From: Paraspadella gotoi
Lineage: Eukaryota; Animalia; Chaetognatha
Direction: 5' to 3'
Length of the DNA: 64,000 bases
Assembly (NCBI GenBank): GCA_051294375.1
Contig: CM119271.1
Span: 10,130,291 to 10,194,290 of the forward strand
The notes below the pieces were generated by a model, which did not search any database, was not told the DNA's origin, and saw only the letters and a program-made list of their open reading frames with translations. Positions 55,301 through 64,000 of this stretch are shown piece after piece; within the stretch, counting starts at the first letter, position 1, and each line of letters starts with the position of its first letter. A program made the position numbers and the translations under genes.

Positions 55301-56496
55301 AAGGAGAAAGGGAAAAAATGAGGAAGAATTAAGGAAGGGAAAAATAAAAAGGGGCAAGAAAGGGATTTTGGAGAAGCAGGAAAGACCAAAAAATAAAGGA
55401 GGAAGAAATGGCACGATCATCGCCCGATGTCGCGTCGTCGTCCTCGTCGTCGTCGCTCGTCCTCCAACGACCGCGAAAAACGTGGAGCTTTTATTTTCTT
55501 CTTTTGAGTCATAATTGTCGGACTCGCGGTCGGCGGAACATTTCGCGCTTTTTTTAAACTCAATTTTAATCTGTTTTCCCCGTTCGCCGAAGTTTACACC
55601 GCCCCGATTTTAAAACGCTTTGATTATTATTTTTTTGTTTTCACTTTCCGTTTTAAAACTTAAAAAAAAAGAGAATTTTTAAAAAGTTTCTCGACATAAG
55701 TTTACGTGAAAAATGCGCCAACTGTTTTCTTTCTTTCTTCCCGTTGAGTGAAAGTTTTATTTCTGAAATAAATTTTGTGCTTAAAAATAATAAAAAAAAA
55801 TTGAAGGAAGGTGAAGTTTTTCGTCTAAAAGTGAGAAATTCTGGGTCGGCGTGAACAGACCCTTTTTGGCCCAGAAACACGAATAAAGATGGTCTGAAAA
55901 TTTTTTTATCGGTTTCCCACTTTCTGGGTAGTTTTTTAAACCTCGGCCTTTGCAAATTTCTGGACTTAATCTTTGCCACTTTTAAAAAAAAATTACAATA
56001 TTGTACTGATTAATTCGAGCGTCGGAAGGCCGCTTAGTTACTAAGCAACCGGTTGCATGCCGTCTGTTTTGAGCCGCGATCTTTGGATTCAAGACTGGGC
56101 TAGCACTACAGACTACTTTTTGAAAGTTCAATGGTTATTTAACCATGCCGTTGTTAAATAATTCTAATATAATGCTCAAAACGCATTAATTTAAACCCCT
56201 TTTATGTGAATCATGATGGTTGGCGTGTTGTTTCCGAGATTTTACCGGCGATATTTTTTAGATTCTTATGCTTTTTTTCGTACATATCAAATTATACACA
56301 GTTTTTACAAATTGATAATGTTACAACGAGCGCCCGTTTTTAAAGCTTTAAATTGTTCTTATTAATTTATTTAATCTTTAGCAACGTAAACAATACTTTA
56401 AAAAGCGTACATGTTTTACTTATACTGCCGTATTATCTTGACTTGCAGCCGCCGCCTCTTCGAACACCCGTCCGCACTTAAACAAAACCTCTAAAC

Positions 56497-56907
56497 ATGG
56501 ATAACATGGTCGGCACTTGGGCCCTGGAGCACCAGGAGGGCTTCGACGATATCATGAAGCACATCGGCGTAGGCATGGTCATGCGCAAGATGGGCAACAC
56601 CCTCAAGCCGGACTTCATCGTCGAAAAGGGCGAGGACGGGACGTGGAAAATGGTCACGGCCTCCACCTTCAAGACGACAACGGCCGAATTCAAAGAGGGC
56701 GTGGAGTTCATTGAGAAGACGGCCGACGACCGCGATGTCAAGGCCACTATCACCTTCGAAGGCGACAAGATGATCCACAACCAAGTGGACCCCAATCGGG
56801 AGGAGAACAACACCGTCATCGAGCGCTCCATCGAGGACGGCAAGCTCGTCACCGTCGTCAGGTGCGGCGGATTTGTCGCCAAGCGAGTCTACACGAGGAA
56901 GGCGTAA
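56497..56907 (+). CDS. FABP: Fatty acid-binding protein (intracellular lipid-binding protein family), 136 aa, intronless CDS
   Basis: GTW motif, FDDIMKHIGVG, STFKTT..EFK.G.EF.EKTADDR, ligand triad Arg (VIERSI) plus R-x-Y (AKRVY); strong GC3 bias. Confidence 0.96.
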   Translation: MDNMVGTWALEHQEGFDDIMKHIGVGMVMRKMGNTLKPDFIVEKGEDGTWKMVTASTFKTTTAEFKEGVEFIEKTADDRDVKATITFEGDKMIHNQVDPNREENNTVIERSIEDGKLVTVVRCGGFVAKRVYTRKA

Positions 56908-57259
56908 CCGTCGAGACTTTCGTCCGCTCGCGTCTTTCGAACTTTCGTCGCGCTTTTTTTTTTGCTCGCGGTTATTTTTTTAATTAATTTTTTTGGCTAA
57001 ATTTTACTTTCGGCGACCGCGGTTATAGCGGCGAGACGATAGATTGAACAATAGCGTGCTTCTTTTAAAAACGATACTAGTAGCTTTAAAAATACTCACT
57101 AGTCTTCACTCCGAGTTATCGTTTTTTTTAAAATACTCAAGTCACTAAAATTCTTTTTATTACTCCCTTCGAGATTAAAATAAACAAACTATTTTGCCAT
57201 TTTTTTAGTGATACACCGAACTTTTGCTCCAAATTGTTGTCGAATTTTCTTCTTTTTAG

Positions 57260-57395
57260 GAGATCAGATAGTTTTTTTTAACGCGTCTTTTTTTCTTAGT
57301 GACAGAGCTGTGGTAGTTTTAGCGACCAAACTTCATCTGTGAGATTAGTGCCTTCTCAATGATCTCCCACAAATCCGAGGCAGCCTCCAAAGAAG
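57260..57395 (+). other. Probable non-coding 5' exon of the SCARB gene
   Basis: Acceptor ttttcttctttttag (57259), donor AAG|gtacac (57396), next acceptor tttttccag (57471) just before the ATG. Confidence 0.5.
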
Positions 57396-57489
57396 GTACA
57401 CACCTCGATGCAATTTATTCTCCCTTTTTCGGCTTTTATTGATTTTTCAAAACAATTGCAACTTTTTCCAGCTTCATAAAACTGTAACC

Positions 57490-60400
57490 ATGCTGTCCCG
57501 AACTGGCAAGCTGATCGTGGCCGGGGGCGTGATCGGACTCTTGTTGGTTATTTTCGGAATCGTCATCGAACACGTACCCGGAATGATCATGAAAAAGAGC
57601 GTACCTCTTGGTAAGTCTGGAACGTTGCTTCCTAAAAGTTTATATATATATATATAACGCATATATCCTCCTTCGCCCTTTCAGTTGATGAACCATCGTC
57701 AAAAACTTTCCCCGGTTGGTCAAACCCCTCTCTACCCATCTACATGAAGTTTCACTTTTTCAATGTGACAAACGTGAAGGAAGTGATGGCTGGTGAGAAG
57801 CCGATCGTGAAGGAGGTGAGTCCACAGTTGTTGGGGAATAGATTGCGAGGTAAAGGGAATCGCAGTCAGGATATACCCGAAAGTTAAATGAGGATGGGAT
57901 TTTTTTTAAGATTCAAAGATCATTTTCGGTTTTAAAGTAAGTTGTTTAAAAACTGGGATTTTTGAGCTTAGCAAGGGCGATTTTTACGAGTTTTTGTTCA
58001 TTAGAAACTTGACGATTAAGTAATTTAAATATTTAGTATTTACATACTGCGGTTATTCCATTGGATCAGTTTGGTGATTACCTTCGCTTAAATTTACAAC
58101 GCGATAATGATTATCCCATCCTAGCTCGGCCCCTACGTCTACCGGGAGCAGCGCGAGAAAGTGAACATCGAGTTTAACGAGGATCAAACGGAAGTCAGTT
58201 ACAACGAGAAGATTTGGTTCCACTTCGAGCCGGAGATGTCGGCGGGCAGCCTAGAAGACGTCCTCGCCGTTTACAACGTACCCTACGTAACCTTAATCAA
58301 CGCGCTGATGGTGGCGTCCGTGACCAACCCCAAGGCCGAGCTCGCCACCTTCTTCATCAACGGGCAGGCCAACATCTTCAGGGTCAAGCTCTTCGAGTAC
58401 CACACCGTCCAGGTTTGATCCGGGGAAAGGCTAGGACCTGTGACGATTCCTTTGAACCGTATTTGGTTAAATCTTTTGATTTATGCAAATATGATTTGGA
58501 ATCGTGGGGATTTCGTGGGCGTTTTGTTATTAGTTTTCATCGAATCCTTAAATACTTAACACCATCAACTGTTTTAGGAACTTTTGTGGGGCTACGAAGC
58601 CAAGATTTTGAAGCTTCTGCGCAGGAAGACCAAGTTCAAAGGTAACTTTTTAGAGCCGTTTGGTTTTAAAATAAAAAAAGTAAAGCTAAATAAAAACACG
58701 AGGGAGAAACGAATATTTTTTGTTCAATACTTAATAAACGTTTGTTTAAAAAACATTCTACTCAGTTGTGAATTTTGCGTTTTCGTCGGTGCCATTTAAT
58801 TTTACCACCTCCCGCTCTTTTTTTGAGGGGGGGGGTCGGGTGCCGGGATGGTAAGTTAATATAAGCTGGGAAAAAAGTCTGGCGCCCTTGATAATAATAT
58901 CCGTCGTCTTTTGATCTTAATTGTCTAAGAAGTAAGAACACTCCTTATTTCCTCCGCTGACTCTTCGCTTTCCTCCTCTCATTCAGCGAGAATTCACACG
59001 GCTCAATTCGGCTTCTTCAAGGACCGAAACGGCACGGAGGGGGCCAACATGACGGTCGGCACGGGGCTCAACTCTTTGTTGGACATCGCTCAAGTCAAGA
59101 GCTACAACGTGAGAGAGCACCGATTATATAGTTTTGAGAATTAGATAAAAAAAAAAAGAGAAAATTCAAATCCATTTCCCGTTCTCCACCCGCAAAACGC
59201 AGAACAACGATACTCTCGACTATTGGTATTCCGATTGCGCCAACGCCATCAACGGCACCGACGGCGCCATGTTCCACCCGGGCGTCGCCAGGGACGAGAA
59301 GCTCTTTATGTTTTCGCCGGAACTCTGTCGCTCGCTCTGGGCCGAATTCGTGAAGGAAGAGGTGAGCCCGGTCGCAAAGCCAAGCGGTTTTTCCGTGTTT
59401 CCGTGTGTAAAATAATCCTTGTCAGGTATTGCAGCAAGTTCACTTCGCCTCTTAGCATGACACCATCAGATGTCACACGGTGGCTCATTGAATTATACCA
59501 TGATGCCGGGATCGTTCCCCAATGTTACATACCCTCAAGCCTGGTTCAAAATCCAGCAACCTGTTCCATGGCTGCTTGAGGGGTTATAGAAGTTGCGGTT
59601 AACACTCTTCGGTGCCTTATCCACATCCTCTTCCCCCCCCCGCCCTTTTCCAAGAAAATCCACGGCGTGACGACCTACCGATTCTCGCCTTCTCCGCTCG
59701 TCTTCGCCGGACCCGAGGAATATCCCTCCAACAAGGACTTCTGTTATCCCGACGGGAAGAAGGAGAGCTGTCTGGGGAGGGGGCTCATGATGGTGTCCAA
59801 GTGCAGGAAGGTGAGCCGCGCGGGTTGGAGGGAGGCTTTGGTTGGGACATGGGGAATACAAGTTTTGGGTGGTTGTAATTTGGGTTTAATTCAGTGCTTG
59901 GAGTGTTAAGCGATTGACTAAAAAAACTAGGCTTGTTATAAAAAATAATCTTTCGGTTGATATTTGTTATAATATTTTTTTTTTATGAACGTAAAACCAG
60001 AAGGTTATTTAGGAAGTTCGGTGATCACTCGCCATAAATACTATTAACTAATGTAAATGATCGAAGATCGAAGATCTTGACTGTAAAATTGTAAATATTA
60101 TATATATCTGGTTTTTCTCTCTTCGGATCGATGGATCGAATCGATCCCTCTCTTCGAAAGACTCGCGTCCTCGATTTATCTCAAGGGAGAAAGTCGGACC
60201 GAAGATGAATTAGGATCGAAGATCCAGGAATTTGGGTTTTTTTTTTTGCTTCGGCGATGATTGAATGAGAGGAGAAAAAAATGTATCTCGGTACAATAAT
60301 GCCAAAGAATCCGGGTCTAATTCTTCCAAACCTTTTTTCCCCCCTCCTTGGGACCACCCACGATGAACCTTCGTAAATAATAGCGTATTGTTATCAGTTT

Positions 60401-61200
60401 AAATAATTTGTTTTCAAATTGCTTAAAATTAATTCTCAGAACGCCCCTTTGGTGGCCTCGCCTCCGCACTTTTTGGGCGTGGAACCGAAGGTGGCGAACG
60501 AAGTGATCGGAATGTCGCCGGATCCAGAACTTCACACGACTCAGCTCAACGTCGAACCCAACTCGGGGTTTCTCCTCTACGCCAAGAAGAGGATTCAGTA
60601 CAACGCGATCGTCATGAAGGAAGATGGACAGGTTTGTGACTCGAAAGAATTTCAAGAATAGCCTATGTGTGATATAAAATTTAATATTAATGTATTATCA
60701 TCCACTTAGTTCTTTAAATTATATAATCAACTATTGAGCGGGTTAAAGACGTCACTATGACACAACTAATTTGTATCCCTTTTTTTTTCTTTCAGGCCAT
60801 CTACCGTCAGGTTCCGAAAGGAAGGATTATCCCTCTTTTCTGGGTCGAAGAGGGCCTGGAGGCTCCCCCGGCCTTCGCCGCTCGTCTCGAACGAATCCCC
60901 AAACTCATCAACATGTGCCACAATCTCATGCTCGCTTTCGTCGCCATCGGTGAGTGTATTCTAATTAGTTTACTAGTTTACTATTTAGCATTCATAATAA
61001 TTGTTCATTAAAACTTCCCGCGCTATTTTCCAGGCGCCCTTCTCCTCCTCGGCTGCCTCCTAGCGGCTTTCGTCTACAGCGAACGCGTCTTCGATCGCCA
61101 GGCAACGCTACACACGGCGGAGATGAAGGCGGTGCCCACAACGCCGCCCCAGGACGACTCCTACGATAACGGAAAGTACAAGGCCAGCCAGCTGGCCTAA
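57490..61200 (+). CDS. SCARB: CD36-family class B scavenger receptor (SCARB1/SCARB2/croquemort-like), complete, 10 coding exons, ~517 aa
   Basis: Exons 57490-57610, 57685-57815, 58125-58412, 58578-58641, 58987-59108, 59203-59361, 59655-59810, 60440-60631, 60796-60949, 61034-61200, all phase-compatible. Motifs FFNVTN, E.GPYVYRE, ELLWGYE, INGTDG, CRS, S.PHFL, EP.SG, PLFW; N- and C-terminal TM helices. Confidence 0.96.
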
Positions 61201-62925
61201 AGAAAGAAGAAAAAATGCGAGAAATCGCGGATCGACGCGGGAAAAACTTATTTCTTCTGAATAACAAAAGAGTAAAATTAATAATAATCTCAGCGGCCGA
61301 ACGGAATCGGGGGGGTAGGGGCGGAAAGAGGGGGCGTGGCCTATCCAGTGAAAAACAGAAGTTCAACCAAAAACAATGAAGAAAAATGACTCGGATCTTT
61401 TTGTTCTTTTCATGACGACTTCCCTCCCTCTTTTGTGATTGTTCATTGTTCGTTCGTGTCATTAATTATTCGCTCCTCCCTCCCGATCGGTTTTCTTTTC
61501 CGCGCGCAATTGTTGTTGTTGTTGGTGACGTCTACATTCGCTAGGAATTTCATCTTAATCCTCATTTCACGTTTTTTTTTTGGAGGTGGGGGGGGGGAAG
61601 ATAAGGGAGGGAAGGTTAATTTTGAATAACACGAACCATGACCACCAAGGGGACTTTTTAGGTTTAACTTTCCGTAAAAAATATTTAGAAAAGTATTAAT
61701 TTTTATCATTTTTTAAAAATTTTAGAAGTATCACCTCGTAGTTTGAATGTTTTGAACGAATGAAATGCTTAGTTCTAGCGCACGAGTGAGTCCGCCGTTA
61801 ATGATAAACTTTTTGAAAGAGGAGAAATCATAAAAGTACTTCCTCTTTGACTTTTTTGTCCTTCGGAAACCCGTGAGAACGGGGGACTCTCGAAACAAAT
61901 TCGTTCCGAAACAAAATTTAGATCAAATTTATATCGTTAATAAGAACGACTTTTCTCACAAGATGTTTCACGTCAATCTGTCTCGTTGACTTTAACATGA
62001 CTAAACACACTCGCATAATTTTCCAGTTGTCTTAGTTTTAAAAAAAATAAATCTTTTGTTCCACTTTTACTATAAGCTGTATAGTTTCGAGGTTTTAATT
62101 TTTATCATTTAGTTTAATGTGATTTTTATTCGATTCATATTTTATATAGCCATTGTAACGTCCACAGCTATTGCTAACCATAGAATTGTAACTGGATTTT
62201 AAAATTTACTTAAGTTAAAAATGTTTAGTTTACGCTTCTATTCAGTATTTTGGATTTTATTTATACAAACTTTTATATGACACTGGATCATTAGAATTCT
62301 TTGTTTACAACTTGTTTATTCCTTTATTCGCTCAATGTTCAACTATCATTTATTGCGTTCGCAGCTGGATGTTAATTGGAGCCAACTCTAATTTAAAAAG
62401 CATCCTTTACTCGAATTCGTTTTGTTTCAGTTTACAAGGCTTTAAATATTAGCGCCAGAATTAAGTTCTTTTTTATTTACAAGTTCTTTTAATGCGCTTT
62501 AATTTTTGTAAAGAACATCAAAATTATTTTTTCAGGACCTTTTTGGGGGGGGGGATAATGTGGGCGATTTTATCAGTTAATCTTATTTATGTTTAATAAT
62601 CGTTTATAATGAAATCTAAGCAGTTTTACCTAATTTTTTTTTTTTTTTTCACCTCCGGCTAATTTTCGATATTTTCTGAGAACCTTTATTATTTAAAAAT
62701 TTCAGACTAAAGACAAATTTAACTCGTTCCCCTTAATTCTTTAATGTTAATCAACTATGTTATTCGTTTTGATTTTTGAGACACTTTGTTTCGTTTCATT
62801 GTAGAAATTACAGTAAATTCTGTTCAATTTTCTGATTTTGGCTTTTTTAGTTGTGTACAGTACAGATTAGATTGTTTTAACTCATATTTGTGCGAGTATT
62901 AAGTAAACCTTTGTAGCGTACGAAA

Positions 62926-63159
62926 ATGATGAGTGAAGACGAAGGATATCGTAGACCACATAATATATTTTCCATGAAGAAAAGGCAAACGTACAAAAGG
63001 ATCGAATATCGACGAATGCGAAAATCTCTATCGGCGAGAGAGGAAGAGGATAGAGAAGAGGAGGAAGAGGAAAATAGGAGAGAGGAAGATCGAGAGAGAT
63101 CGCCGGATACTACACCTTATTACAATACTCAAATAGTCAAATCTCAATTAGTCCGATGA
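62926..63159 (+). CDS. Possible short or first coding exon, highly charged (MMSEDEGYRR...EEEDREEEEEE)
   Basis: ATG 10 nt after acceptor cctttgtag (62916), aaaATG context; no family recognised. Confidence 0.3.
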   Translation: MMSEDEGYRRPHNIFSMKKRQTYKRIEYRRMRKSLSAREEEDREEEEEENRREEDRERSPDTTPYYNTQIVKSQLVR

Positions 63160-63360
63160 GTTGAGGCGATTGCGAATAATCGACATATTCGGCCAAGTTT
63201 GTTCAAAATTTGTAAGCACCAATAATTCTTAAATTTATATGTTAAATTATTTATAGTCGTTAAGCCGCTCTTAATATGATTATAATTTACAGATTATAAT
63301 TTACAGTTAGGGTTAAGGGTGGTTAGAGGGTTGTTAGGGTGAGGGTAATTAATATTTTCT

Positions 63361-63670
63361 TTTTATGGGAGTATAACGAAAAATTCGTTTTAACAACAAT
63401 GGTTTTTATTATTATAATAAAAATCGGAAATGTTTCGACTCGTGTAGATTTCGAATCTTCATCATCCCTCCCCTGTCCTCACATCTGACCAGTATTCTTT
63501 ATTCACTTCTTTGTAGGAAACTCTCTCTTTTTCTCTCTCTCTCCAAACCCAATGTTTGTGAAACTGATGAAGGCTGATGAAGACTAAAAATCTACACGGG
63601 TCGAAACATGTCCGATTTTATTGTAATAATAAAAAAAAAAATAACGAATTTTTCGTTATTATCCCATAAA
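63361..63670. mobile_element. Inverted pair (~100 bp arms) of Penelope-like pseudo-LTR fragments carrying a minimal hammerhead motif
   Basis: 63361-63464 is the imperfect reverse complement of 63575-63670; CTGATGA-A-GAC...GTC-GAAA-CATG-TC at 63574-63612. Confidence 0.6.
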
Positions 63671-64000
63671 TTTCACACTAACAACAAAAAGAAAGGCTAA
63701 CTACAAATATTTTTTTTAGAAATAAATATTTTTAAGTAGATTTTTTAAAAGCCGCCAAAAGCGCGGTCGGCGAAAGTAAAATTTATCCCGTAAATTCGAA
63801 ATTGTCGGAATATAATTATTAATTAATTACGGCGTAATTAATTATACTCCGACAATTTCGAACTCGTGATTGCTCCTTTGTCTCTGCACTATCGAAGTGA
63901 CACCTTTGAAAACAAAAGATTGAATAAATAGCGGTTTTCACTTTTCAAGCGAGCGGTAACTTTGTAAAATTATAGGTACTGGTAAAAACAATTACTGCTC

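Overview
Eukaryotic (metazoan, invertebrate-like) genomic window with spliceosomal GT-AG introns, abundant microsatellites and several N gaps. (1) 1.2-27 kb, minus strand: the 3' half of a T-type voltage-gated calcium channel (Cav3; end of II-III linker, domains III and IV with SSKDGW/ATGDNW filters, long C-tail). Its III-IV linker exon has an in-frame alternative donor. (2) 15.6-37.0 kb: an ~21 kb fold-back palindrome with its apex inside a Cav3 exon. The right arm is an indel-riddled copy of the Cav3 exons and is most likely a long-read/WGA chimera. (3) 37.3-39.6 kb and 48.6-51.1 kb: two unidentified multi-exon minus-strand genes built from phase-compatible exons. (4) 40-48 kb: local direct and inverted duplications around gaps. 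(5) 55-61 kb, plus strand: a CCAAT-box promoter, an intronless-CDS fatty-acid-binding protein, and 583 bp later a complete 10-coding-exon CD36/SCARB scavenger receptor. Both are preceded by splice acceptors without an obvious partner donor, suggesting a co-transcribed fatty-acid uptake unit. (6) Repeats include a Helentron/DINE-like element, a dispersed ~300 bp family, minisatellites, and an inverted pair of Penelope-type minimal hammerhead motifs at 63.4-63.7 kb. All gene models were spliced by hand; no database searches were run.
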